Shown: positions 34,403 to 44,131, numbered from the stretch's first letter. The stretch is 64,000 nucleotides of DNA from Gammaproteobacteria bacterium (GCA_965116495.1 OZ220696.1:1728001-1792000); one strand, 5' to 3'. The notes: a model not told the origin generated them from the letters alone. Numbers and translations are program-made.

Positions 34403-36859
34403 TTAACCGGTTAGGATTGCCTTTAACCTGTCATGCTGCTCCTTGATCCATTGCGCGACTTCCGGCCATTCACTTTCGTCGTCGCCGGTCCAGTGTCTTC
34501 GGACAGTCACTGACCTACCTTTCATGCTCTCCCCCTCCAGGTTCTCTCCAAGTTCCTGGTCACTCATCTCTGTGCGGATAGCCCTTGAGTATCCTTGTAC
34601 TCGCCTCGTCATTTCTTCCGCCGACTCGTCTCGGGTTTTCCAGACTTTGATATACAGCCAAAGCGATTCAGGATTTCCGACATATATGCCTATCCGGTCG
34701 CCGGTTGAGTTCAAAGCATCCGTCCATTGGTTTCCGCCTCGCCAGTCGTCCTTCTGTCCTGGTACACCACCCGTTTGTAATTTGAGAAATCTCCAAAAGC
34801 GCTGAGAGTGGTTGTTGTCATCGAACTCAACATCGATCCTGACATCGCATCGTCTGCCCATTTCCTGACAACGCTCCGCGCTGGCCGGATAGTCCCTTGC
34901 ATAAGGATACAAGACGTACTCGCTATAACCCGGCACCGCGCGCAAGGTGCGTGTTCCGGCCATACTTCCGGCGGGATATCGACTAGCCGATTGCAAGTCA
35001 TAGGTAACTGCTTCCCCGCAGAGTCGTTCAGCGTTCGCCGGGTCCCGGTCCAGGAGCGTGGCAGCGACGTTCAGCACCATGTCGCTCGCAGCGCTCTCGG
35101 TACGCCATGGACTTTCTTCGATGCGCCACCTGAGACCCGAGTCACGTGCCTGCGTATCGCGCTTGTCGGCTCCCTGATCCTGCCACGGCCAGCAATCCAA
35201 TGCCCTGAGTGTTAACTCTTCAGCGCTTCGTTCCAGCGCCTCTTCGTCCCATGTATTTTCTTGCGCGAGACGACGCGTAATACCTATTGCGCTCCTCTTA
35301 TACATTTCCCGTTTTGCATTGAACGTGATAGTACCCATGCTCGAGTTCGTGGCATCTCCGCTCAAGGTCAGATTTGCGAGGCGGTCGCGATAGCGTCCGT
35401 GTATTTCGTCAGCGCTGTCCCCCAAGTAGCTTCTCCACCCATTTGTCAACTTCTGCGGCATCACATGCTCAATCGTCAGGCGCTCCCGGGCCGGAGACTC
35501 TTCCTTATGTTCTGCTTCCATAAGCGCACATAACACCGCGAACGATGAACGGGTGGCACTGGCCCCGTAAGCCTTCCGGGTGCGGATGCCCTCACGAACT
35601 TCCTCATCACTTGGGACACCAACACGTGAGTTTCGGAGTCTTCGAATCCGGCCAAGCCAGTATTGCGGATAATCTTCATCAGTGTTTGGTCCAGGCCCAT
35701 GGGCAAGCTCCGCCACTGATCTGTTCATCCCAGCTGTTGGCCGGTCTGCCAGCCATAGCCGGGTGATCCATGTTCCAATGCTTGAAATTACTTCAGCCAA
35801 TTCTTCACTTGTCGTTCCCGTAGCATCATTCCGTGAAGCGTCATCAAGTAGCCGCAACGCCAAGGGACGGTGAACATCAATCCCCATTGCCCGTAAGTGC
35901 AAGAGTTTTTGTTCGACTTTCTTGTCAGGATGTTTCCCTGCCGTGCCGGTAATTATGCCGTAGAGTGACGCAAGTCGTGCAAGTTCTCTACAAAGAGCGG
36001 GGCGATCCTTGGCAAGTTCCTGCTGTACTGCCCAGCGCCGCAGTCCTTCATAGGCTTGATCGATTCCGATAACCTCACCGGTATGCCAGCGTAAGAAGTC
36101 TCGAAGAAACGTGTCTATGGGCTCACTCGCGTGTTCTGCTCCCAGTGCCCGTTCTATATCTCGCCAGTGCTTGTCATGTAGATATTGCTGCTCCGCATCA
36201 GGGAGACCCATCAGCAGCCAGTTTTTGACCTTCTCGCTCTCGGTGAGAGGGCGACCGGTAGCGTTCAGACTCTCGAAGATCTGTTGAGGGTCTTCCTTAT
36301 TGCCTAGGCCAATGGTGACTACCCGAAATCGTTCGAGCCCCTTGAGCAAACGGCCTGCGTCATACTTAGCGACCAGACGGCGGGCGATTTTCCAGGCCTG
36401 TGTTACGGCGCCGGGGCCGTCCGGTTCGCCGTCCAGCCCGCGTTGGTATTCTGCTTCATCGCCGTCCTGAAGCCTCAGTTTTCGGAATTTTTCCGGGGGT
36501 TGTCCAGGATTCGTAAGCCGAAAGTCCCGTATAATCTGCGAGGTCCAATCACCGTAACAGCCTTCTGGCCCCAACTCTGATGCAATGCAGGCCAAGAGAA
36601 TGCTCACAGTGGTCAGCCTCTGCTGCCCGTCAATGATGCGATGGCGGTTTACCACGCCAGGAGGACCTGGTTCAGGAAAGGTGAGAAGTGTCCCGCCGTA
36701 ATGTGTTGCATCAGGATCAGCTTCCGCGACGGTCAGCAGATCATCAACAAGTCGTTCAATGTCGGACTGCCCCCAACGATAGCGGCGTTGCCAACGTGGC
36801 ACAATGTACTGCACTTGCCCGTTTAAAAGTTTCAGAAAATCGATGTGGTAGGCGTCCAT
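34403..36859 (-). CDS. GmrSD-family (DUF262 plus DUF1524/HNH) modification-dependent restriction enzyme with extra C-terminal domains
   Basis: VPRWQRRYRW, IIDGQQRLTT, IFESLNATG, TIEHVMPQ...LANLTL...N; about 250 extra residues ending in a DUF4268-like segment. Confidence 0.88.
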   Translation of the reverse strand: MDAYHIDFLKLLNGQVQYIVPRWQRRYRWGQSDIERLVDDLLTVAEADPDATHYGGTLLTFPEPGPPGVVNRHRIIDGQQRLTTVSILLACIASELGPEGCYGDWTSQIIRDFRLTNPGQPPEKFRKLRLQDGDEAEYQRGLDGEPDGPGAVTQAWKIARRLVAKYDAGRLLKGLERFRVVTIGLGNKEDPQQIFESLNATGRPLTESEKVKNWLLMGLPDAEQQYLHDKHWRDIERALGAEHASEPIDTFLRDFLRWHTGEVIGIDQAYEGLRRWAVQQELAKDRPALCRELARLASLYGIITGTAGKHPDKKVEQKLLHLRAMGIDVHRPLALRLLDDASRNDATGTTSEELAEVISSIGTWITRLWLADRPTAGMNRSVAELAHGPGPNTDEDYPQYWLGRIRRLRNSRVGVPSDEEVREGIRTRKAYGASATRSSFAVLCALMEAEHKEESPARERLTIEHVMPQKLTNGWRSYLGDSADEIHGRYRDRLANLTLSGDATNSSMGTITFNAKREMYKRSAIGITRRLAQENTWDEEALERSAEELTLRALDCWPWQDQGADKRDTQARDSGLRWRIEESPWRTESAASDMVLNVAATLLDRDPANAERLCGEAVTYDLQSASRYPAGSMAGTRTLRAVPGYSEYVLYPYARDYPASAERCQEMGRRCDVRIDVEFDDNNHSQRFWRFLKLQTGGVPGQKDDWRGGNQWTDALNSTGDRIGIYVGNPESLWLYIKVWKTRDESAEEMTRRVQGYSRAIRTEMSDQELGENLEGESMKGRSVTVRRHWTGDDESEWPEVAQWIKEQHDRLKAILTG

Positions 36860-36863
36860 GGAA

Positions 36864-37439
36864 CTACAGCAGAGCCGGTAAATTCTGTTGACGTTCTGTC
36901 TGCCTGTCTGAAAAGCGGCGTGCCGGTGATGGAGCTATAGCGGGCATGGTCACCATTTGAAACGACCAAAAAAGCAGAGTGCTAAGATTCAACCGTCGAA
37001 TATCGCGCAAGTTCACGTGACCCGCAGTCGCACCTGTTTCACCAGCCAATAGCGCTCCTTGCTGCTTGGGAGCAAGTAAGTAGTAACAAAGGAAATGAGA
37101 ATCAACTTTCTCGCAATCCGGACACAAGTGCGCCGTTCTTTGTCCCAAGCAGGCGGTCTGACCTTCATTAATAATTGCAACGTTTCCCGCTGGCGCCTCC
37201 CGCGCCAGAATTAGGTCACCCGGCACAGGAACAGCCCGCTTTGTCCATTCCGCATAGACATCCTTGGACACCCTGTTTACCCCATCAAGGAGTAGGCGCC
37301 CTCGCCCCACATTCGGCGTTCTTATTGACGGATACCCGGCTTCTTGGGTAGGAGCTGTCTTATAAAGACAATCGACAATGAACTCGCAAGCGTCGTTGAG
37401 CGTCGTGTGTCCCTCTTGTGAAGTCGTGGTACTACTCAC
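36864..37439 (-). pseudogene. Truncated HsdS-like protein (single TRD, conserved helix lost)
   Basis: IVDCLYKTAP, PGDLILAREAPAG, CLGQR, FLCYYL, GAT..HVN, then the sequence degenerates where the coiled coil should begin. Confidence 0.7.
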
Positions 37440-38479
37440 GTTGGAGTGTCCTGTATGAACTGACGGCCTCGATTTACCATTTGCCCACGCTCCGTGAGCC
37501 GATACTTCTGGTTTCTTGCAGTGGGTAGCTCGGGGCGGGTCATTTCAATCAATCCTGCATCAAGCGCCGGGTGAATGTAGTTGTTTCGGAAAGTCGGACG
37601 ATGAGACAGCCCCAGAACGGCCATCAGATCAAGCGCTGTCCTGGGACCGTTCCGTAATTCGGGGAGCAATCTTCTTACTTGGTCGGTTACATAGTCGCTT
37701 TCTTGATCGGTTGTGGGAAGCTCCAAAACAGCTTCCAGTATCGCCTCCAGCATATAGACGATGAACGGAGTGCTCTCTCCCTTAGATGAACTCTCACGGA
37801 TGGCCTCGTAGTACTCACTTTGCCGTGCGTAAACCAGACTTTCCACCGGCACATAGGTAAACAGGCGCTTCCAGCGGGTCAGTATCAAGCTTTGCCAGAG
37901 ACGTCCCATGCGGCCATTGCCGTCCTCAAACGGATGGATAAACTCGAACTCGTAATGGAAGACGGAACTGGTTATCAACGGATGTTCTTCCGTGCTGTCC
38001 AACCAGGACAGCAGGTCTGACATAAGATGAGGAACGCGGTCGGCAGGTGGGCCGATGTGATGCACTTCTCCCGCTCCTGCCACGGCAATACCACCGTGCC
38101 GGTAGCGGCCGGGGGCGTCAAGTAAGCCAACCATAAGCATCTCGTGGGCTTCAAGTAACTCAGTCTGGCTGGCCGGTTCCCATTGCGGGAATTTTTCATA
38201 AACTTTGAGGGCGTTACGTACCTCCTGAATTTCCCGAAGCGGCGCAATCACCGGCCTACCGTCGAGTATCGTGGAAATCTGTTCCTCGGTAAGCGTGTTG
38301 CCTTCTATCGCCAGCGACCCCTGAATCGAACGAATACGATTGGCCCGCCGCAAACGCAGGTCAGTCTGGCCAGGCATTTCCTCCGTCCTGCCAATCGCCT
38401 CGCCAATCCGCTCCACCAGATCGAGAACAGCCGAGGTGATTTTGTACGGCGGTGTTGTCCCCGTCTGATCGCCTGACAT
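37436..38479 (-). CDS. Fic-family protein (class II) with C-terminal wHTH
   Basis: Canonical HPFEDGNGRMGR; N-terminal inhibitory SLAIEGN; start at MSGDQ (38479), the longer ORF overlaps brnA. Confidence 0.92.
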   Translation of the reverse strand: MSGDQTGTTPPYKITSAVLDLVERIGEAIGRTEEMPGQTDLRLRRANRIRSIQGSLAIEGNTLTEEQISTILDGRPVIAPLREIQEVRNALKVYEKFPQWEPASQTELLEAHEMLMVGLLDAPGRYRHGGIAVAGAGEVHHIGPPADRVPHLMSDLLSWLDSTEEHPLITSSVFHYEFEFIHPFEDGNGRMGRLWQSLILTRWKRLFTYVPVESLVYARQSEYYEAIRESSSKGESTPFIVYMLEAILEAVLELPTTDQESDYVTDQVRRLLPELRNGPRTALDLMAVLGLSHRPTFRNNYIHPALDAGLIEMTRPELPTARNQKYRLTERGQMVNRGRQFIQDTPT

Positions 38480-38480
38480 G

Positions 38481-38738
38481 TCACGCCGCGCCATGCTTTC
38501 CAATCCATTCGCGCAACGCCTCATCGATGCGTGTCTGCCATCCCCGGCCATCCGCCTTGAAGTAATCCAACACCTCCTGTGATAAACGAATGGTAGTCGA
38601 TACCTTCGGCCTAGAAATCGGAGGGCGCCCACGACGAACTTCCGTATTACCAAACTTTTCCAGCCAGCCGTCCTTTGATAGGTCGGGAGCGGTATCAGGG
38701 TCAAAATCTCGGAGTGTAGAGTTTTCGTTTACGTTCAT
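38481..38738 (-). CDS. BrnA-family antitoxin (no intact BrnT upstream)
   Basis: RRGRPP...KVSTTIRLSQEVLDYFKADGRGWQTRIDEALR. Confidence 0.88.
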   Translation of the reverse strand: MNVNENSTLRDFDPDTAPDLSKDGWLEKFGNTEVRRGRPPISRPKVSTTIRLSQEVLDYFKADGRGWQTRIDEALREWIGKHGAA

Positions 38739-38845
38739 TGTTTTTTCTCGTTCGCAATTTAATGTTACTACATTAATTCAGCCTAACACAAGACCTATCT
38801 ACCTGGGGCGACAAGAAATAAATATGAAGCAAAATGGTACAATGC

Positions 38846-38874
38846 TTGACACCTAGTACGTTAAAGCGTACGTT
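38846..38874 (+). promoter_or_regulatory. yefM-yoeB promoter with palindromic operator
   Basis: TTGACA-17 bp-TACGTT; inverted repeat GTACG-TTAAAG-CGTAC over the spacer and -10. Confidence 0.7.
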
Positions 38875-38893
38875 ATGACGGCGGAGGTGTATT

Positions 38894-39136
38894 ATGGCCA
38901 CGGTTAATGCAACAGAAGCACGTTCAAGGTTATATAAACTGATCGATGAAGCATCACAAACTCACAAACCGATTGTCATTACCGGGAAAAGACACAACGC
39001 GGTCCTTCTCGCAGAGGAGGACTGGAATGCCATCAATGAAACCCTCTACCTGGTTTCAATTCCCGGTGTGCGAGAGTCCATCATTGAGGGGATGGAGACC
39101 GGACTTGAAGAATGCGATAAGGATCTCGATTGGTAG
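38894..39136 (+). CDS. Phd/YefM-family antitoxin
   Basis: MATVNATEARSRLYKLIDE...HKPIVITGKRHNAVL...ETLYL; GGAGG RBS. Confidence 0.92.
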   Translation: MATVNATEARSRLYKLIDEASQTHKPIVITGKRHNAVLLAEEDWNAINETLYLVSIPGVRESIIEGMETGLEECDKDLDW

Positions 39137-39255
39137 TGTGGGAACTGTATTTTGCGTATTTCACTGAATCCTGCCACCCGTTTCACGTGAAGGCTGCCAC
39201 CCGGAACGCAGCAAAGCTGCCACCCCCGGGCGCGTGATGACGTGGGTGTTGGTCA

Positions 39256-40014
39256 TTATGACTCTGTTGGGGTCATCGTCGTCAATATTTTTTTCTGTTT
39301 TCGCATGGATTCTCCCTTGAGGTTGATTTTGTAAGCATTGTGCACCAAGCGGTCGAGGATGGCATCGGCGAGGGTGGGGTCGCCGATACTGTCATGCCAT
39401 TTTTCGGGCGGTAATTGACTGGTAGCGAGGGTGGAGCGTGCGCCGTGGCGGTCTTCCAGGATTTCCAGCAGGTCACGGCGCTGCTCTGCGTTCAGTTTGA
39501 CCAGGCCCCAGTCATCGAGGATGAGGACCTGGGTTCTCGCCAGGGTGGACAGGAGTTTAGGGTAGCGTCCGTCCCCTTTGGCGATAGTCATGTCCTGGAG
39601 GAGTCTGGGCAGGCGCAGGTAGAGGGCGGTGTGGCCCACTCGGCAGGCGCTGTGCGCCAGGGCGCAGGCGAGCCAGGTTTTGCCGACGCCGGTGGGGCCG
39701 GTGATGAGGATATTGAGGTGTTCCCTGACCCACTGGCAGGTGGCCAGTGATTGCATCAGGGATTTATCCAGTCCGCGCGGGTGGTGATAGTCGATATCCT
39801 CCAGGGCGGCATTGTGTTTGAGGCGGGCGCGGCGCAACCGGTTGGAAGTGCGCCGGTTGTCCCGCTCGGTGAGCTCCCGGTCGACGAGCAGGCCGAGGCG
39901 TTCCTCGAAGCTGAGCGTGTCGATATCGGGCAGGGTCATTTGCTCGGTGAGCGCGGCAACCATACCGGTGCACTTCAGGGTGTGGAGTTTATCCAGGGTG
40001 GGATGTGTCAACAT
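39256..40014 (-). CDS. istB: IS21 helper ATPase IstB
   Basis: GPTGVGKT Walker A, LILDDWG, ADAILDRLVH, GESMRK; start at MLTHP. Confidence 0.95.
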   Translation of the reverse strand: MLTHPTLDKLHTLKCTGMVAALTEQMTLPDIDTLSFEERLGLLVDRELTERDNRRTSNRLRRARLKHNAALEDIDYHHPRGLDKSLMQSLATCQWVREHLNILITGPTGVGKTWLACALAHSACRVGHTALYLRLPRLLQDMTIAKGDGRYPKLLSTLARTQVLILDDWGLVKLNAEQRRDLLEILEDRHGARSTLATSQLPPEKWHDSIGDPTLADAILDRLVHNAYKINLKGESMRKQKKILTTMTPTES

Positions 40015-40033
40015 AGTGCTCTCCTGTTGTGGA

Positions 40034-41575
40034 TCAGTGGTAGTAGGATGGGCCACGCAGATTGTCGTGGTCATCAGGCAAGTCCGCCTCGGTCTGTTCG
40101 GCAAGGGGTTGCCGGTCGAGGCCGTGGCGGAGGATGGATTCGAGACTCTTGTAGCTGTGGCTGCCCAGGGTGAGGGCGCGTTGGCAGGCGGCCTCCAGCC
40201 GGTCATTGCCATAGGTTTTGCCAAGACGCAGAATGCCTAAACAGCTGCGGTAGGCCTGCTGGGGGTGCTTGCGGGCAGACAGGACACGGAGGATAAGGGT
40301 TTCTGTGGCCGGCCCGACCTGCGCGGCCCAGCGGCCCAGGCGTTGCGGAGACCACTCGCCGGCCTGGCGGTGTGCCTCGGGCATGTGGGCCGTGACGGTG
40401 GTATGGCGCGCCTTGTGGCAGGAGCGCCGATGGCTGGCGATGCGTTGTCCACGGTGGAAACACTCAATGGTGTTGGCGGTGATGCGCACGTCCACTTGTT
40501 TTTTGATGAGCGCATGGGGCACGGAGTAGTAATGGCCATGGACCTCGACGTGATAGTCGATATGGACCCGTGCCTGCTTCCACTCGGCGTATTCGTACGG
40601 CTCGACGGGCAGGGGGCGCAGGGCCGGTTTGTCCAGTTGCTCAAACAGGGTGCGCCGGGTGCCCGGCAGTTTCTTGAAGGGCCGGTTGTTGAGCGTCTCA
40701 AGCAACGCCCGGATGGCCCGGTTCAACTCGGCCAGGGAGAAGCACTGACGCCGGCGCAGCGCGGCGAGGATCCAGCGCTCCACCACCTGGACTGCGACCT
40801 CTGCTTTCGCTTTGTCACGGGGGCGCCGCACCCGCGCCGGGACGATAGCGACCCCGTAATGGGCGGCCAGGTCCTGGTAGGTGGGGTTGATATCCGGCTC
40901 ATACCGGTGTGCCCTGGCAACGCCTGCGCGTAAATTGTCGGGCACCACCACCGCCGGCACACCACCGAAGTAGTCAAAACAGCGCACGTGGGCGCCGGTC
41001 CAGTCTGCCAGTCCCTGGGTCCAGGTGGCCTCGGCATAGGTGTAGTTCGATGCACCCAGCGCTGCCACAAACACCTCTGCCTCACGCACCTCCCCGGTCG
41101 CCGGGTTGATGACCTGGGCACGCATACCGGCATAATCCACGAACAGCTTCTCACCGGCCCGGTGACTCTGGCGCATCACCAGGTCCAGCTTGCCGGCCCA
41201 GGCCCGGTACTGCCGGCAGAACCAAGTGTACTGATACCCGTGCGGGTAAGTCTGGCGATACTCATGCCATAACAACTGCAGGGTGACGCCCGGGCGTTTC
41301 AACTCCCGATGAACTTCTGACCAATCGGGCATGCCGCGGGCCGCAGCGGGCACGGCCGGGGTGGGCGGAAACAGCAGACGCTCCAGCGCCCCGTCATCCA
41401 GCTCAACCGGCAACGGCCAACCCAGCCCGGCCGCCTCGGCCCGGCGCAGGTACGCATCCACCGCCGGACGGGAAAGGCCACAACTCCTGGCGGTCTGGCG
41501 TTTACTCAGGCCCTGGCCCCAACACAGGCGTAATACTTCTTTTATCTTTCTCATGGACAACCTCTTTGCGGGCAT
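40034..41575 (-). CDS. istA: IS21 DDE transposase IstA
   Basis: [31 protein letters not shown]. Confidence 0.96.
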   Translation of the reverse strand: MPAKRLSMRKIKEVLRLCWGQGLSKRQTARSCGLSRPAVDAYLRRAEAAGLGWPLPVELDDGALERLLFPPTPAVPAAARGMPDWSEVHRELKRPGVTLQLLWHEYRQTYPHGYQYTWFCRQYRAWAGKLDLVMRQSHRAGEKLFVDYAGMRAQVINPATGEVREAEVFVAALGASNYTYAEATWTQGLADWTGAHVRCFDYFGGVPAVVVPDNLRAGVARAHRYEPDINPTYQDLAAHYGVAIVPARVRRPRDKAKAEVAVQVVERWILAALRRRQCFSLAELNRAIRALLETLNNRPFKKLPGTRRTLFEQLDKPALRPLPVEPYEYAEWKQARVHIDYHVEVHGHYYSVPHALIKKQVDVRITANTIECFHRGQRIASHRRSCHKARHTTVTAHMPEAHRQAGEWSPQRLGRWAAQVGPATETLILRVLSARKHPQQAYRSCLGILRLGKTYGNDRLEAACQRALTLGSHSYKSLESILRHGLDRQPLAEQTEADLPDDHDNLRGPSYYH

Positions 41576-42015
41576 CTGTGTCTCCTCCTTTCAGTAGAAA
41601 TAAGGACACAGGATACCCGTGGTTATCCACGTCAAACGCGCCGGCTATCTACCTCCCTGGGGGTGGCAGCTTTGCCGTGTAATGGGTGGCAGCTTTCGTG
41701 TGTAATGGGTGGCAGCTTTGCCGTATAATCGGTGGCAGCTTTGCCGTGAAATACGCATGTATTTCACCCGGCAAGCCAAAAAGGACGCCAGAAAACTGGC
41801 CGCTGCCGGACTCAAGGAAAAAGCCCAAGCATTGCTTGCCATTCTCCAGGAAAATCCATATCAAACCCCGCCCCCTTATGAAAAACTGTTGGGGGACTTG
41901 ACTGGAACCTACTCCCGGAGAATTAACATTCAACACCGGCTGGTCTACCAGGTACTGGATGATAAAAAAGCCGTAAAAGTGATACGTTTCTGGACGCACT
42001 ACGAATAGTAGTTCT

Positions 42016-42048
42016 GAAGGTGTTGATATCAAGTACGACGGCCCGCAC
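42016..42048 (-). pseudogene. N-terminal stub of a PIN-domain toxin
   Basis: GTG overlapping the RHH gene end reads VRAVVLDINTF, matching PIN starts (xVVLDTN); similarity ends where the convergent yoeB ends. Confidence 0.55.
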
Positions 42049-42268
42049 GCACGGCATCCACTTCATCATCAACCAGTTCGAGAATCTCTTGTGGGTCATA
42101 GCCGGCATTCCAATCCTTGACCTGACGAACAGTAAGATCAAACACATGGCGTCGCACTGCTTCATTAACGAAGCGGGACAGGTCACCTTTCTTGCCGCCA
42201 TTACGGGCAAGAAAGGCTCGGACCGTCCGGTCTGTCACTTCAGGGATTGTGATGTTCCATCGAACCAT
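42029..42268 (-). CDS. Ribbon-helix-helix protein (XACb0070-like; probable antitoxin)
   Basis: VRWNITI...DRTVRAFLA..GGKKGDLSRFVNEAV. Confidence 0.8.
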   Translation of the reverse strand: MVRWNITIPEVTDRTVRAFLARNGGKKGDLSRFVNEAVRRHVFDLTVRQVKDWNAGYDPQEILELVDDEVDAVRAGRRT

Positions 42269-42271
42269 GGA

Positions 42272-42844
42272 TCACTTCCTCAGTTCAGGAAAAATTCGGT
42301 TAAAACCTATACTGATGAGAAAATCTCTCAGGCTATCTTCTACTGTACATGCCCGCTTAAGACCGTCTTCACCCGGTTGTTTATGGATAGACCTGGCATC
42401 AATCCCTTTGTAATACTCAGGCCAGACTTTTGCTAATTCTGATAATGCTGTATCGGCTGGGGGCCTTTTATTCTCACATCCGGGAAAGTGCCTCAACAGG
42501 AACGCCTCAAAATTGCTATAGACCAACTTCACATTATGCTCTGCGGCTAACGGTCTTATCTTGTTATCTCTGCCAACAGATCTGCCCAATTTATCCGAGT
42601 CCAGCATTATGGCCTTTACCAAGTAGTCTCCGTGGTTCCTTGAAGTCCGTTTCATCAGCCTGATCGACTCCTCGACTACTTTCAGTGGATCGCCCCCGCC
42701 GGTCACATTGTTGCAATCGATATGTATTGGTAAATTATGAAAATCTGCTATTAGTTGAAGATATCGTCCGTAACTTCTTTCGCTGATACCTTCGGATCCC
42801 AAGAAAATCCTTTTTCGCGTCTTTCTTCCCTGCATTGGAAACAA
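42272..42844 (-). CDS. RloB/AbiLii-like TOPRIM-fold protein
   Basis: IFLGSEG.SE..Y, GGGDP, LDSD, SNFEAFLLRHF; coupled to the AAA ATPase. Confidence 0.78.
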   Translation of the reverse strand: MFPMQGRKTRKRIFLGSEGISERSYGRYLQLIADFHNLPIHIDCNNVTGGGDPLKVVEESIRLMKRTSRNHGDYLVKAIMLDSDKLGRSVGRDNKIRPLAAEHNVKLVYSNFEAFLLRHFPGCENKRPPADTALSELAKVWPEYYKGIDARSIHKQPGEDGLKRACTVEDSLRDFLISIGFNRIFPELRK

Positions 42845-42847
42845 ACC

Positions 42848-44068
42848 TCAACCGATGTTCGGCACGGCGCCGAATACACCGCCCAAGTACTTTTTATAAT
42901 AGTTGTCTACTCTTCTGACACCAGCGATGTCGTTTAACCCGTAAACCTGAGTCTTGCCGTCAGGAGTTTTCTTGGTGAAATAAATTTCCTCTTTTTCCAG
43001 ATGCTCCAGCAAAGTTGCGTTGTGGCATGCCATGAATAATTGCGCGTTATGGGGGTTGGTTCGGTCATCGTGGAACCAGCCGATGATTTCCGGCATCAGA
43101 GAAGGATGAATATCATTGTCAATTTCATCCAGGACGATTAATCCACCTGCTTCAAGCACATAATTAATATAAAGAAATAGATTATAAAATTTTTGTGTTC
43201 CCTGCGATTCCAAACCAAATAACAAAGTATCATTCAATCCGGAATGCCTGAAATAAGGTATCAACATACTGTCAGGCTTGTTGTTCGCACTTACAAAAAC
43301 CTGTTCGATGCCCAAATCCAGCATCCGTAACTTATTGTTCAGTTTTTTCAACACCTCTTCATTTGATGCATAATATTTGGTGGCTGTATTCTCCTCGAAA
43401 TCAAATTTTTGCAGTGTTGATACATTCGTGAATATAGTATTTAACACCGAATTGAAAGCATTGGAGACCGCATGGTTATATAGAACAAGCGTGGGTATGA
43501 CACTGGCATTACCCCGAAAAGTTTGAAGTGGATAATCTTTTACTTTGACTTTAAATTCAGGTGAATCCTTTATCTGTTCCCCTTCACGATGGAACAACCT
43601 GCGGAATTTGCCCTCCGGCGCAAAATACAAACTTTCTGATTTAACAACTGGATTGATTTCCGGTTTGAGTGGATTTTTATTGCCAGGATAGTAACTTATC
43701 TCCAAGCTGTATCGATAAACGCAAGGCTTTTCTCCCTCTATCAAATCACCGTCGTATTCAACTTCAAATCGTGAAATACCATGCTGTCCCTCAGAATCGG
43801 CGAACGGCAACAAGGGCAAATCATTTGTTGGTGGCTGATTAAACGATTCGGTTAAAAACCACTTTAAAAACCCCAACGCCCGCAATATAGTCGTCTTACC
43901 TGAAGCATTTGCGCCAAATATTGAAACGACCTTGGGTATCCTGGTAGAAGATATTTCTTTTTCAATGCCAAAGACGGGCAAATCCGGCGCATTGCTGGGC
44001 ACCGCAAGATCAAGAACCTGCTTATCCTTAATCGAATAGAAATTTTCGACTGATATCTTCCTTAGCAT
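42848..44068 (-). CDS. RloA/AbiLi-like ABC/AAA ATPase (abortive-infection type)
   Basis: VENFYSI, GANASGKT, ESQGTQK, LDEIDNDIHP, CHN, C-terminal YLGGVFGAVP; AT-rich. Confidence 0.85.
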   Translation of the reverse strand: MLRKISVENFYSIKDKQVLDLAVPSNAPDLPVFGIEKEISSTRIPKVVSIFGANASGKTTILRALGFLKWFLTESFNQPPTNDLPLLPFADSEGQHGISRFEVEYDGDLIEGEKPCVYRYSLEISYYPGNKNPLKPEINPVVKSESLYFAPEGKFRRLFHREGEQIKDSPEFKVKVKDYPLQTFRGNASVIPTLVLYNHAVSNAFNSVLNTIFTNVSTLQKFDFEENTATKYYASNEEVLKKLNNKLRMLDLGIEQVFVSANNKPDSMLIPYFRHSGLNDTLLFGLESQGTQKFYNLFLYINYVLEAGGLIVLDEIDNDIHPSLMPEIIGWFHDDRTNPHNAQLFMACHNATLLEHLEKEEIYFTKKTPDGKTQVYGLNDIAGVRRVDNYYKKYLGGVFGAVPNIG

Positions 44069-44131
44069 GATATTACGACAAAAACTATACTTATTTGCGA
44101 ATTTAACGTGCTATTAACGCTCGTTAAATGA

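Larger units (their letters stand above)
39153..41757 (-). mobile_element. IS21-family insertion sequence (2605 bp), 7-bp TSD TGTATTT
   Basis: Terminal IR TGCGTATTTCAC...GTGAAATACGCA; subterminal CTGCCACC repeats at both ends; TSD at 39146-39152 and 41758-41764; intact istA and istB. Confidence 0.96.
39136..42008 (+). pseudogene. Txe/YoeB-family toxin interrupted by IS21 in codon 6
   Basis: GTG at 39136 reads VWELY; after removing the IS and one TSD copy it continues FTRQAKKDARKL...PPYEKLLGDL..YSRRINIQHRLVY...WTHYE. Confidence 0.9.

Noticed and set aside
36864-37439. Second half-HsdS as heterodimer partner for 24503-25093
   Set aside because: It lacks the conserved helix needed for dimerisation and HsdM binding.
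37436-38704. 422-aa Fic ORF suggesting a BrnA-Fic overlap or fusion
   Set aside because: The extension is an alternative frame of brnA; Fic similarity starts at ATG 38479.
39256-40224. Extended IstB implying a programmed IstAB frameshift
   Set aside because: istA stops at 40034 and istB has its own GGAG RBS and ATG at 40014; no slippery site was seen.
41660-41750. Tandem GGTGGCAGCTTT repeats as iterons or a CRISPR
   Set aside because: They are IS21 subterminal repeats, mirrored at the other IS end (39170-39225).
41709-41756. N-terminal MAALPYNRWQLCREIR of the predicted YoeB ORF
   Set aside because: It is translated IS-end DNA; the native N-terminus is at 39136.
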